Part shown: piece after piece, positions 11,230 through 20,819 of the stretch
Numbering within the stretch: position 1 is the stretch's first letter
Layout: each line of letters opens with the position of its first letter
Assembly: GCA_938003885.1 (NCBI GenBank)
Contig: CALKWT010000185.1
Span: forward strand, 4,570 to 68,569
Source: an uncultured Balneolaceae bacterium
Lineage (GTDB): Bacteria; Bacteroidota; Rhodothermia; Balneolales; Balneolaceae
Length of the DNA stretch: 64,000 nucleotides
Direction of reading: 5' to 3'
The notes under the pieces: model-generated
Databases searched by the model: none
Told to the model about the DNA's origin: nothing
The model's input: only the letters and a program-made list of their open reading frames with translations
Program-made: the position numbers and the translations under genes

Positions 11230-12675
11230 TTGAAAACTTTAACTGCTGAATCAGCCTGGAATGAATGTCTGGAAGTCATTCAGGATAATATCAGCTATCA
11301 GAAATACAAATCTTGGTTTGAACCGATTCAGCCGGTCAGACTGGCAGATAACACATTGACTATACAGGTACCCAGCCAATTCTGGTATGAATGGCTCGAA
11401 GAGCATTACTATAATATGCTTCGGTCGACCATTGCCAAGGTTCTGGGAAAAGATGGTAAGTTAGAATACTCGGTTCTTGTAGAGCGCTCCGAACGATTGG
11501 AGGATAATCGATCGATCAGGCTTCCTCAGAAGCCTATGCCGCCACAGAAACCACAGGAGATGAATACGTTTACAGAGTACCATCCGGGGAAAATTGAAAA
11601 TCCGTTTATCATTCCGGGAATTCGAAAGACGAATATAGACTCGAATCTCAACTCCAATTACGTTTTTGAGCGGTACATAGAAGGGGATTGCAACAGATTG
11701 GCACGTTCCGCTGCGATGGCTATCGCAGATAATCCGGGGAACAACTCTTTTAATCCCCTTTTTGTATATGGTGGAACAGGCCTGGGGAAAACACACTTGA
11801 TCCAGAGTATCGGAAATCGGGTAAAGCAGCAGTTTGAGGACGAACTGGCTGTTCTCTACGTCTCCTCGGAGAGCTTTACCAATGAGTTTGTTCAGGCGAT
11901 CCGAAACAACCGCGCAAGTGAGTTTTCTGTTTTCTACAAAAATATCGATGTGCTCATTGTGGATGACATTCAATTTTTTAGCGGAAAAGAGAAAACCCAG
12001 GAAGAGTTCTTTCACATCTTCAATGCCCTGCATCAGGATGGCAAGCAGATCATATTAAGCAGTGACCGTCCGCCGAAGGATATTCCAGACATAGAGGAGC
12101 GCCTGATCTCCAGATTCGGCTGGGGATTAAGTGCGGATCTGCAAATTCCTGAATTCGAAACCCGTTACGCCATTCTGGAAAGGAAAGCGAATGATAACGG
12201 TATCGCGCTGGACCCTGAAATTATCGAGTTCATCGCCTATAATTTTAAATCAAACGTCCGGGATCTGGAAGGTGCTATCATCAAACTTCTGGCTACTGCC
12301 TCATTGAAGCATGTGGATGAGATCGACCTGCCGATGGCTAAGAAAGCGTTGAAGGATATGGTGAAGAGTTCCAATACTCAAATCTCCATTGAATTCATTC
12401 AGAATTATGTCTCTGATTATTTCGGGATAGATACCAATAAGGTACGTGAGAAAACACGCAAGCAGGAGATCGTGGAAGCGCGTCAGATTGCGATGTTTCT
12501 GGCAAAGAAGTATACCAAATCGAGCCTGAAGACCATCGGGCTTCAGTTTGGAGGCAGAGACCACTCTACCGTAATACATGCGATTTCAACGGTAGAAGAG
12601 CGGATCGCAACTAGCCCGAAACATAAAAGGATGGTGAAGGAACTGGAACAGAAAATAGAAGTGGCAACTTTATAG
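11230..12675 (+). CDS. dnaA: Chromosomal replication initiator DnaA
   Basis: FNPLFVYGGTGLGKTHL, DDIQF, SRFGWGL, NVRDLEGA and GGRDHSTVIHA. TTG start. Confidence 0.99.
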   Translation: MKTLTAESAWNECLEVIQDNISYQKYKSWFEPIQPVRLADNTLTIQVPSQFWYEWLEEHYYNMLRSTIAKVLGKDGKLEYSVLVERSERLEDNRSIRLPQKPMPPQKPQEMNTFTEYHPGKIENPFIIPGIRKTNIDSNLNSNYVFERYIEGDCNRLARSAAMAIADNPGNNSFNPLFVYGGTGLGKTHLIQSIGNRVKQQFEDELAVLYVSSESFTNEFVQAIRNNRASEFSVFYKNIDVLIVDDIQFFSGKEKTQEEFFHIFNALHQDGKQIILSSDRPPKDIPDIEERLISRFGWGLSADLQIPEFETRYAILERKANDNGIALDPEIIEFIAYNFKSNVRDLEGAIIKLLATASLKHVDEIDLPMAKKALKDMVKSSNTQISIEFIQNYVSDYFGIDTNKVREKTRKQEIVEARQIAMFLAKKYTKSSLKTIGLQFGGRDHSTVIHAISTVEERIATSPKHKRMVKELEQKIEVATL

Positions 12676-12703
12676 ACGAAATCTTTACAATTCAATTGCA
12701 CCG

Positions 12704-12732
12704 GGCCTTGCATCATTGCAAGGCCTTTTTTA
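12704..12732 (+). terminator. Intrinsic terminator after dnaA
   Basis: GGCCTTGCA-tcat-TGCAAGGCC followed by a T-run. Confidence 0.8.
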
Positions 12733-12912
12733 TATGAAAAATGGGCATCTTGGCAGATGCTTTTCGATGGAGAGGCGGAGTAGGGTACGATCTGTCAGAA
12801 AGAGAACAAGTCAGCACTGTTACAACTTTGTAAGCAGACATCTGAATAGGGGTTTTAGATTCGTATCTGGCACCAGATCTCCTTATTTTTCACGTAAATT
12901 AAAACGAATCCC

Positions 12913-13278
12913 GTGGATAGAATAACAATCAAATCACTCACTTTTAAAGCCCGGCACGGCTATTATGAAGAAGAACGGGTCGAGGGAAATTGGTTTGAAG
13001 TGGACCTTATTGCACATGGTAATTTTAAAAAAGCAATTGACGAAAATGATCTCAACAAGACATTTAACTATGAGACAGCTACCAGCATAGTAGCAGAGAT
13101 TATGGAGGGGCCTGCAGAAAAACTCATCGAAACTCTCTGCAGTAAAATTGGAAACAGATTGATGGAAAAAGAGCCTGCCATCTGTCTTCTGGAAGTGGTA
13201 GTGCGCAAGCTCTCACCTCCGATACAGGTTAAATCGGAATACGCAGAAATCAGTATGAAATGGAGCAGGCGATTATAG
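12913..13278 (+). CDS. folB: Dihydroneopterin aldolase
   Basis: ARHGYYEEER..GNWFEVDL, FNYE and KLIETL; lies upstream of folK. Confidence 0.9.
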   Translation: MDRITIKSLTFKARHGYYEEERVEGNWFEVDLIAHGNFKKAIDENDLNKTFNYETATSIVAEIMEGPAEKLIETLCSKIGNRLMEKEPAICLLEVVVRKLSPPIQVKSEYAEISMKWSRRL

Positions 13279-13748
13279 CCATTGGCAGCAACCTGGGAGA
13301 CAGGCTGGGGATGATCCGAAAGGCAGCCGACTTTCTGGAACGTATATCTGTTGAAAAGATAAGAAAGTCATCGATCTGGGAAAGCGAACCGTTGGGCCCT
13401 GCCCGGTATAAATTTTTAAATTGCGCTGCCCTTATGACAACCGAATGGACGCCTGAGGAGCTGCTTCACAGGCTGAAAAGCTTTGAGAAGGAGTGTGGTC
13501 GCGACCCCGGTGCCGACAGATGGGCGCCCCGAATTCTGGATCTGGACATCATTCGTTTTGGAGAACAGATTGTGCAGACAGGAGATCTGATGATTCCCCA
13601 CCCTGAATTTATGAACCGATTGTTTGTGCTCCTGCCGGTTCAGGAAATATTCAACGGCTATATCGACCCTTCTAAACCGATCTCCGGCGAAGAGTATATT
13701 CTAAATGCTCCCGCCATGGGAATCAACAAAACGGACCTGAAATGGTAA
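13260..13748 (+). CDS. folK: 2-amino-4-hydroxy-6-hydroxymethyldihydropteridine diphosphokinase
   Basis: IAIGSNLG, FLNCA, PRILDLDII and IPHP...RLFVL. Confidence 0.95.
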   Translation: MEQAIIAIGSNLGDRLGMIRKAADFLERISVEKIRKSSIWESEPLGPARYKFLNCAALMTTEWTPEELLHRLKSFEKECGRDPGADRWAPRILDLDIIRFGEQIVQTGDLMIPHPEFMNRLFVLLPVQEIFNGYIDPSKPISGEEYILNAPAMGINKTDLKW

Positions 13749-13787
13749 AGCAGAATTAGAACCTCTCACCTGAAAGTAGGAAATTGA

Positions 13788-14432
13788 ATGAGAAATAAAC
13801 TAAACTTTATTGCTATTGAAGGTGTTACCGGGGCAGGTAAAACCACCCTGGCAAAACTGCTTGTAGAGAGAAATGGCGGTAAACTCGTTCTGGAAGAGTA
13901 TGAAGAGAACCCATTTCTTCCCAGATTCTACGAAGACAGAAAGAGGTATGCTTTCCAGACACAGCTTGCATTTTTAGCAAGCCGATTTAAACAGCAGCAA
14001 ACTATCCTGGAGCCGGAGCTGTTTGATGAAGGGATCATATCTGATTATATTTTTGAGAAAGACAGGATCTTTGCCAGAATTAATCTGGATGAGGATGAGA
14101 TGGCTCTTTATGACAACATATTCGGTATCATGGCAGGAATATCTGCAAAACCGGATCTGGTTGTCTATCTCCAGAGCAACGTACCCAGGTTATTGAAAAA
14201 TATAAAAAAGCGCGGGCGGGATTATGAGAAACAGATATCCCCCGACTATCTGCAAGAGCTCTGCGATGCCTACAACCAATTTTTTTACCACTATAACCGA
14301 ACACCTTTGATGATCATTAATACCGTTGAAGCAGATTTCAAGAATAATCCTGAACAACTGGCGTATATTGAAGAACAAATATTCAATCAGCCTATAAGAA
14401 GTAAAACACACATTACTATTACTCCAATCTAA
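13788..14432 (+). CDS. Deoxynucleoside kinase
   Basis: IAIEGVTGAGKTT, NPFLPRFY, FQTQLAFL, PDLVVYL and RGRDYE. Confidence 0.93.
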   Translation: MRNKLNFIAIEGVTGAGKTTLAKLLVERNGGKLVLEEYEENPFLPRFYEDRKRYAFQTQLAFLASRFKQQQTILEPELFDEGIISDYIFEKDRIFARINLDEDEMALYDNIFGIMAGISAKPDLVVYLQSNVPRLLKNIKKRGRDYEKQISPDYLQELCDAYNQFFYHYNRTPLMIINTVEADFKNNPEQLAYIEEQIFNQPIRSKTHITITPI

Positions 14433-14665
14433 TGGTCCGATTTTTAGCACTCATCCTGGTATTTTACGTCATCCTTCTATTGTTAAGAGGGCCGAGAAGA
14501 AGAGCGCGCCGGAGGCCTGCCTTCCGGGTCCGGTTCGGCAACCGGACGGACCCCCGGGATACCGGAACCCGCGGAATGCAACGGAAAAAAAGGTTGGATG
14601 AAATCGAAGATGCCGAGTTCGAGGATATCACTGATCTGGAACAAGAAACAAAAGGGAAAAGCTGA
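14432..14665 (+). CDS. Small membrane protein (DUF4834-like)
   Basis: Hydrophobic N-terminal helix, Arg-rich linker and IEDAEFEDI tail. Start overlaps the stop of the kinase gene. Confidence 0.7.
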   Translation: MVRFLALILVFYVILLLLRGPRRRARRRPAFRVRFGNRTDPRDTGTRGMQRKKRLDEIEDAEFEDITDLEQETKGKS

Positions 14666-14666
14666 T

Positions 14667-15206
14667 ATGAGTTTTGAAGAAAAACACAAAGAAGGATATG
14701 AACTCCTCCACGAAAAGGACCTGGACAAAAGTCTGGATATAGCCAGACGGTTACAGAAAATGCGGCCTGAAGCACCTGAAGGCTTTATTCTTGAAGCAGA
14801 AATAATGCAAAGGTTAAATCAGTGGGATGCAAGTATTAAACTGCTGAATGACGCCATAGAGCTGGATCCTGAATCGGGCCGTCTGTTTAATCTGAGAGGC
14901 TACGCCAATCTGAATAAAGATGATGCGGAAAAAGCAAAAGAAGATTTTGATAAGGCCATAGAGCTGGATGATCTGCCTTCTGCACACCGAAACCTGGTCC
15001 TTTACATGTTGATGGCTGGAGAAGGGCAAGAGGGGATCAATTACCTTCTCAATCGGATACGTAAGGATCCGCATGATGTAGAAAACTGGATTTTGATGGG
15101 AGATCTGATGAAGAAAGGTGGCCACGATGCAAAAGCCAGAACCTATTACGAACAAGCGTTGAAGATGGATCCGGATAACGACTACGTGAAAGAGCTTCTT
15201 AAGTAA
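14667..15206 (+). CDS. Tetratricopeptide-repeat protein
   Basis: Several TPR-like units (AIELDPE..LFNLRG, ALKMDPDN). ATG at 14667 directly follows the upstream stop. Confidence 0.8.
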   Translation: MSFEEKHKEGYELLHEKDLDKSLDIARRLQKMRPEAPEGFILEAEIMQRLNQWDASIKLLNDAIELDPESGRLFNLRGYANLNKDDAEKAKEDFDKAIELDDLPSAHRNLVLYMLMAGEGQEGINYLLNRIRKDPHDVENWILMGDLMKKGGHDAKARTYYEQALKMDPDNDYVKELLK

Positions 15207-15531
15207 GTTCTGCAGAAAGGAACAGAACACAGGGTGGATCAATTAAAAAAGAATACGGGATGATAAAGAGGGCCGCCTGATTCTCTTTTCTCTTATTTCC
15301 TGCCGAGTGTAGGTGAAACAAGACTCTTTCAATAGCAATGAAGTCGAAGTAGTCCCTTTCGCACATTCATTTCATGGGTTGGATAAACATCGCGAAAATG
15401 ACGATCCGGTCGGATGAACGTTGAAACCCAGAGGTGATGGGATGCGGACATGCACTGAGCTCTTTCTTGCTACTATCGCCAAAGTAATGTTGGGCCCATC
15501 GTAAACACAGCTTTGCTTTCAGTACTATGGG

Positions 15532-16209
15532 CTACTGACTCTGACTGTTTTCGATTCGCTGAACATAATTTTCGTTGGCAAACATGGCCACTTCAACACG
15601 TCTGTTCTCCTGTCTGCCCGCTTCTGTATCGTTATCTGCAATAGGTTCATAGAGACCCCTTCCCTCAATCTGAATTCTAGAGGATGCAACTCCCTGAGAA
15701 ATGAGGAAGTTGGCTGCAGATTGTGCTCTTCTTTCACTCAGGCGGAGGTTATAATTTTCATCACCGACCGAATCGGTATGTCCCACGATAAGCAGGTCGG
15801 TATCCTGATCCTCGTTCAGGATCTCAGCGAGTTTACGCAGATTCTGTCGGGCATTCGATTTCAGAGTGGCCGAATCAAAATCGAAAAGAAGGCCGCTGTC
15901 GAAACTTACCGCGATCCCTTCCTCCACGCGTTGGACAGTGACATCGTCCAGCTCATCGGCGATTTCCTGTGCTTTTCGATCCATATTTCGTCCAATAATG
16001 GCCCCGGTGGCACCGCCAACCGCAGCCCCGGCGATCGCTCCGGCCGCTGTATTTCCTAATGTTTTACCTACCACGGCCCCGACAGCCGCACCGGCGCCAC
16101 CGCCGATCACAGCTCCCTTGGAGGTTCTGTTCCAGTTGGAACAGGCTGACAGTAATAGTCCGGACAAAAGGACTGCTATAGTGATATGGTGCATTCTCGA
16201 TCTGAACAT
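15532..16209 (-). CDS. OmpA-family lipoprotein with glycine zipper (YiaD-like)
   Basis: Lipobox LSAC, GAVIGGGAGAAVG zipper, GHTDS, NLRLSERRA and NRRVE. Start set at ATG 16209 to fit a signal peptide. Confidence 0.9.
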   Translation of the reverse strand: MFRSRMHHITIAVLLSGLLLSACSNWNRTSKGAVIGGGAGAAVGAVVGKTLGNTAAGAIAGAAVGGATGAIIGRNMDRKAQEIADELDDVTVQRVEEGIAVSFDSGLLFDFDSATLKSNARQNLRKLAEILNEDQDTDLLIVGHTDSVGDENYNLRLSERRAQSAANFLISQGVASSRIQIEGRGLYEPIADNDTEAGRQENRRVEVAMFANENYVQRIENSQSQ

Positions 16210-16587
16210 AATAAGAATCTTAGTTTGTGAATATCTTTTGTAGTGGAATCTTACCTCTTTGGGCGTCGGATGTTTCTCGTTGCAAAGCATTTTGTGGGGG
16301 TCTCCGTTAGAAGGTGATCCCATTTCTTATTATTTTCCAGTACGTTCTGCGGAAATAGATCATAGATAATGAAACGTTGATAGACTGGTCTGTTTTTTTT
16401 GAATAGCGAGGAGGGTGGAAGTAAGGGGTGGGCTCAACAGGATGCAACCTGCTTCCAATCCTCAGGCCCAGATCTTATTGGAAGGCTTGTCCAGGTTGAA
16501 TAGAACTGCAGAGGTTGAAGCCAGTCAGGCCGCCGCTACTGAAAGAAGTGCAGGAATATTAACGGCATTCTTTTATGGAAATGGCAT

Positions 16588-17262
16588 ATGAGAGTACTAA
16601 TTATAGAAGATGAAAAAAAGGTAAGCGGTTTCATAAAGAAAGGCCTCGAAGAACAGATGTTTACGGTAGATGTTGCCTTAGACGGGGAGGCCGGAATCCG
16701 AAGGTTACACCAAAAGGAGTACGACATCGTCATTCTGGATGTTGTCTTGCCGGGCATGAACGGATTTGAAGTGTGCAAACAGATCCGGCGGATCAAACCG
16801 GGCATTCCTGTACTGATGTTAACCGCCTTGGGAACTCTGGACGACAAAGTGACCGGTCTGGACAGCGGAGCGGATGATTACCTGACGAAGCCGTTCCATT
16901 TTCAGGAGCTTTTAGCCCGCATGAGGGCTCTGGCCCGTAGAAACATTCCTGAAAAGACCTTCGACCAAATTATAAAGGTTGCGGATCTGGAGATCAACAT
17001 AGATTCCAAGCAGGTGAAGAGAGGAGGGAAAGAGCATATCCTCACTGCTCGGGAGTTCCGGCTGCTGGTGCTGCTAGCCAGAAATAAAGGCAGGGTCCTT
17101 TCCAGATCGGAGATAGCCGAGAAGATATGGGAAGAGTCTTTCGAGTCGGGATCGAATGTGATTGATGTCTATGTAAGCTATTTACGAAAAAAGATCGACA
17201 GGGGGCCCGGAAAAAAGTTGATCCATACCATCATCGGTATGGGGTATGTGTTGCGGGAATAA
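16588..17262 (+). CDS. OmpR/CusR-family response regulator
   Basis: Receiver domain (IIEDE, LDVVLPG, GADDYLTKPF) plus winged helix (LTAREF, NVIDVYVSYLRKKID, GMGY). Confidence 0.95.
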   Translation: MRVLIIEDEKKVSGFIKKGLEEQMFTVDVALDGEAGIRRLHQKEYDIVILDVVLPGMNGFEVCKQIRRIKPGIPVLMLTALGTLDDKVTGLDSGADDYLTKPFHFQELLARMRALARRNIPEKTFDQIIKVADLEINIDSKQVKRGGKEHILTAREFRLLVLLARNKGRVLSRSEIAEKIWEESFESGSNVIDVYVSYLRKKIDRGPGKKLIHTIIGMGYVLRE

Positions 17263-17263
17263 T

Positions 17264-18658
17264 ATGAATATCAGAGATAAACTATCGATTCAATTCACCA
17301 CGCTTGTTGCCGCGATCTTTCTCATATTCTGTTTGATGATCTACTATATATCCGTCTTGCAGCATAAAAGTGAATTTTACAACGAACTGAGAGAGCGGGC
17401 ACAAATTACGGCTTACATCTTCCTGGAAGAGGATGGATTTTCTAAAGAAGTTTATACCGCTATTGCCGAAAGATATGTTCAATCTTTGCCGGAGGAGAGA
17501 GCTCAGCTCTATGATTCAGACAATCAGCCCAGATTCATCGAGACGGATGAACTTGAACTGGATGATGAGCTGATCAATTATATACGTGAAAACTACTCTT
17601 ATCCGAGTACCTATGATTTCTATATCGATGACAGGCAGGCGGTGGGTCTCCACTATCAGGACAATCAGGGAGATTTTGTTGTGGTGGTATCCGCTCTGGA
17701 CACTACAGGAGAGGTATTTCTGGAAAATCTGGCCCTTATTCTCATCATAGGATTTCTCTTCAGCCTGCTGGTCATCCTGGTATCAGGCCGGTTTTTTGCA
17801 AATCAGGCGGTTAAGCCTATTCCCAGAATTGTGAGACAGGTGAAACGCATCTCAGCTTCCAATCTGAATCTTCGGCTGGATGGCGCTGAGGAAAAAGATG
17901 AGTTGGGAGAACTTGTCTCTACATTTAATGATTTACTTTCGAAGCTGGAAGATAGTTTTGAAGTTCAAAACAGGTTTGTGGCAAACGCTTCTCATGAGCT
18001 GCGCACTCCACTGACAAGCATCATCGGTGAAGTGGAAGTTGCCCTGACCAAAGAGAGAACCTCAGAGGAGTATATCTCTACCCTGAACTCGATCCATCAT
18101 GATGCGATGGCCCTGGAGCAGCTTACCACAGGCCTGTTGGAGCTTGCCCAGGCTGAATCTGAACGGTTGAACGACCTTTTCTACCCTATACATCTCGACG
18201 AACTGGTACTGGAAGCTGCTATTCAGATCGAAAAAAAATATCCTGGATCCAGAGTGAATGTAAACTATGAGGATGCCTCTGGAACCGATGCTGAAAGTTT
18301 CAGGTTTTTTGGAAGTGAGCCGCTTCTGCATAATGTTTTTTTAAATGTGCTGGACAATGCTGTTAAGTTTTCAGGCCGGAACCCCACTGTAGATGTCTTA
18401 TTGAGAGAGAGTGAAGGGTGGATCGAAGTACAGGTCAGGGATTATGGAATTGGAATTTCCGAAAGTGATAAAAATCTGATTTTCAGCCCATTCTACCGGT
18501 CCAGTAAAGTGAGCTCCAAAAACGGTTACGGAATAGGGCTGTCCCTCGTAAAACGGGTTTTAAATGTGCTGAATGGGACCATTTCCTATGTAGAACCGTC
18601 GGGGAAGGGTGCGCAAGCGATCCTGCGTTTTCAGAAAGTCAGCCCCACGGCATCATAG
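17264..18658 (+). CDS. HAMP-domain sensor histidine kinase
   Basis: Two TM segments, HAMP domain (DELGEL), H-box ASHELRTPL, NVLDNAVKFS, DYGIGI and GIGLSLV. Confidence 0.95.
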   Translation: MNIRDKLSIQFTTLVAAIFLIFCLMIYYISVLQHKSEFYNELRERAQITAYIFLEEDGFSKEVYTAIAERYVQSLPEERAQLYDSDNQPRFIETDELELDDELINYIRENYSYPSTYDFYIDDRQAVGLHYQDNQGDFVVVVSALDTTGEVFLENLALILIIGFLFSLLVILVSGRFFANQAVKPIPRIVRQVKRISASNLNLRLDGAEEKDELGELVSTFNDLLSKLEDSFEVQNRFVANASHELRTPLTSIIGEVEVALTKERTSEEYISTLNSIHHDAMALEQLTTGLLELAQAESERLNDLFYPIHLDELVLEAAIQIEKKYPGSRVNVNYEDASGTDAESFRFFGSEPLLHNVFLNVLDNAVKFSGRNPTVDVLLRESEGWIEVQVRDYGIGISESDKNLIFSPFYRSSKVSSKNGYGIGLSLVKRVLNVLNGTISYVEPSGKGAQAILRFQKVSPTAS

Positions 18659-18667
18659 GTTTATATT

Positions 18668-18696
18668 TTCTAATATTATTCTAATTCTATTTTAAT
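18668..18696 (+). promoter_or_regulatory. Triple direct repeat TTYTAAT with 11-bp period; putative OmpR-family binding site
   Basis: TTCTAAT at 18668-18674, TTCTAAT at 18679-18685 and TTTTAAT at 18690-18696, immediately after the kinase stop. Confidence 0.55.
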
Positions 18697-18858
18697 GTTG
18701 GGGTTCTATATTCCGGAAAGTTGGATTGGCCTGGCTGGAATTGGTACAGTATACCGGTCATTTGAGTAAAGAAGATCCTGGTTGGTAAACTCGAGGGGTC
18801 GGGTAGAAGTCAAAATAGAATAAGAGCGGGGGACCTTGTCCCCAAAAAGAGAAATTGT

Positions 18859-19836
18859 ATGGAAATACTATTTATTCAGGGGCCGGAGAAAACGGCAACA
18901 TCAACCATTACAGGTATCTTAAATTGTCATCCTGAGATTTTTGTCCTTTTTGAAAACTATTTGGCACAGCCTATTATCACAAAATATGGTAATCGGCTTT
19001 TAAGCCGATATCCTGAGGCCAGGAAGTTTTACAGAACGGAAGAGGATTACGGAAAACCGGTCAGGGAGCTCTTTGAGTATCTGAAGGAGAGAGAGCCGGA
19101 ATACAGATATCGATATATCGGGACGAAAGTCAACAGTTTGGATGCTGGTTTTACACAGAAAGTCAGAGAGCATAAGATTATTTTTATGATGCGGGATCTC
19201 CGATCATGGCTTATAAAAGAGAGCATTATAAAATACTACCGTACGGACCTGGATGTTGTCGTACCGGCAGTGGAGTATCTCCGGTATATCCTGGAAACCC
19301 ACCTTTATACTCATGCAGCCCGGATCAGGATGGAAGATCTGATTCAACAGAATGAAGCTACAATTGGTAAACTATCTGAGTTTTTAAAGCTGGAATTATT
19401 TCCACACTCGGCTGAGTGGTGGGATAAAATCGGGAATTGGGATGAGAAAGATCCCAAGAGTGTTTTTAAGCTAAATCAAGTTCATCATTCATCCAGGATG
19501 GAACCAGAAAAACTGGACTCAGAAGTAGAGCTGACAGACCACCCATTCTGGGAGGAAGCTTTGGAGCTGTTTGATACCTACTACTTCACAGATGAACCAT
19601 TCCGTTTTAACGAAGACAAAATTAAAAAGGATCTGGTGAGGGTGGATAAATTGCTCAGGTATTCTCCTTTACCATTTACCGATATGTATAAAGAAGTGCA
19701 CTCGGTAAGGAGAGGGTTTTCACAGCCACGAGAGTTACATTTTCAGTCGGACAAGGGTGTGTATAAACAGGAAAGAAGTTTAAAAAAGAGGTTATCACAT
19801 CGGCTGAAAAAGATTGTGAAAGCTGCGATCGACTAG
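18859..19836 (+). CDS. Sulfotransferase-family (PAPS-dependent) protein
   Basis: 5'-PSB-like loop GPEKTATST followed by HPEI, 3'-PB-like IFMMRDLRSW, and RMEDL. Confidence 0.7.
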   Translation: MEILFIQGPEKTATSTITGILNCHPEIFVLFENYLAQPIITKYGNRLLSRYPEARKFYRTEEDYGKPVRELFEYLKEREPEYRYRYIGTKVNSLDAGFTQKVREHKIIFMMRDLRSWLIKESIIKYYRTDLDVVVPAVEYLRYILETHLYTHAARIRMEDLIQQNEATIGKLSEFLKLELFPHSAEWWDKIGNWDEKDPKSVFKLNQVHHSSRMEPEKLDSEVELTDHPFWEEALELFDTYYFTDEPFRFNEDKIKKDLVRVDKLLRYSPLPFTDMYKEVHSVRRGFSQPRELHFQSDKGVYKQERSLKKRLSHRLKKIVKAAID

Positions 19837-19969
19837 TTCCTCAGGGCATTAAGAGACACCGACAGGGCGGCAGGGAAGGTTTAAATCGCAGTGATGAGTA
19901 TGCCTCGATTTTTGTAAATTGTGTTACAAAAGCCATTTAACTGCCGATTAAGGAATCTTTCCCCCGTCT

Positions 19970-20653
19970 ATGTGCCGAAATTGTAAATTACGCCTTATTC
20001 TATCCGGGATACTGATAATCACTATATCTCCTGGTTTGCTGTATGCTCAGGAGTTGGATCAGTTTCGGATTGCCCGTGTCCACTATCAGGGAGGAGGGGA
20101 CTGGTACTCCTCACCCACCGCACTTACAAACCTGATACGATATGCGAAAGAGAGGGTGCCTATTGCGGTGGATATAACCTATGATGACGTACAGCTGGGT
20201 AGCAGAGATATTCACAATTATCCATTTTTGCACATGTCGGGCCATGGTCATATCAGCGTCAATGAAGCTGAAATGGAGAACCTGAGAAGCTATCTGGAGA
20301 ATGGCGGATTTTTATACGTAGATGATGATTACGGATTTGATGAGTATGTGAGGCCGGTAATAGAGAGGATTTTTCCGGAAGAAGAGCTGACAGAGCTCCC
20401 GGGCAATCATCCTGTTTATAACATCGTCTACCCTTTTGAAGAGGGGCGCCCGCCAAAAGTTCATGAGCATGACGGGGGGGTTCCACGCGCATTCGGACTT
20501 TTTAAGAACGGCCGTATGGTACTTCTTTACACGTATGAATCTAACCCCTCGGATGGCTGGGCTTACGATGAGCATGAGAATCCTGATCACATTGTAGAGT
20601 CTGCTCTTCGGTTCGGAGTCAATCTTCTGGTGTACGTCCTGTCAAATCCCTGA
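19970..20653 (+). CDS. DUF4159 domain protein
   Basis: YQGGGDWY, PFLHMSGHG, YLENGGFLYVDDDYG, KVHEHDG and GVNLLVY. Confidence 0.88.
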   Translation: MCRNCKLRLILSGILIITISPGLLYAQELDQFRIARVHYQGGGDWYSSPTALTNLIRYAKERVPIAVDITYDDVQLGSRDIHNYPFLHMSGHGHISVNEAEMENLRSYLENGGFLYVDDDYGFDEYVRPVIERIFPEEELTELPGNHPVYNIVYPFEEGRPPKVHEHDGGVPRAFGLFKNGRMVLLYTYESNPSDGWAYDEHENPDHIVESALRFGVNLLVYVLSNP

Positions 20654-20748
20654 ACTCTGTTCAGAGACAACCGTTCTGAGCCCCCTTCTTTTTAAGAGAT
20701 ACGGGGAGTGTTCCGATACAGACAGCAGACAGATGGCGTTCACCCAAT

Positions 20749-20782
20749 AAAAAAAGGAGTTTCAGTGGTGCTGAAACTCCTT
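20749..20782 (-). terminator. Intrinsic terminator of the PLP acyltransferase gene
   Basis: AAGGAGTTTCAG-tggtg-CTGAAACTCCTT, preceded by an A-run (U-tail on the minus strand). Confidence 0.8.
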
Positions 20783-20819
20783 GAAGATTAATGGATTGTA
20801 ATTAGCCGGATCGGCTCAC

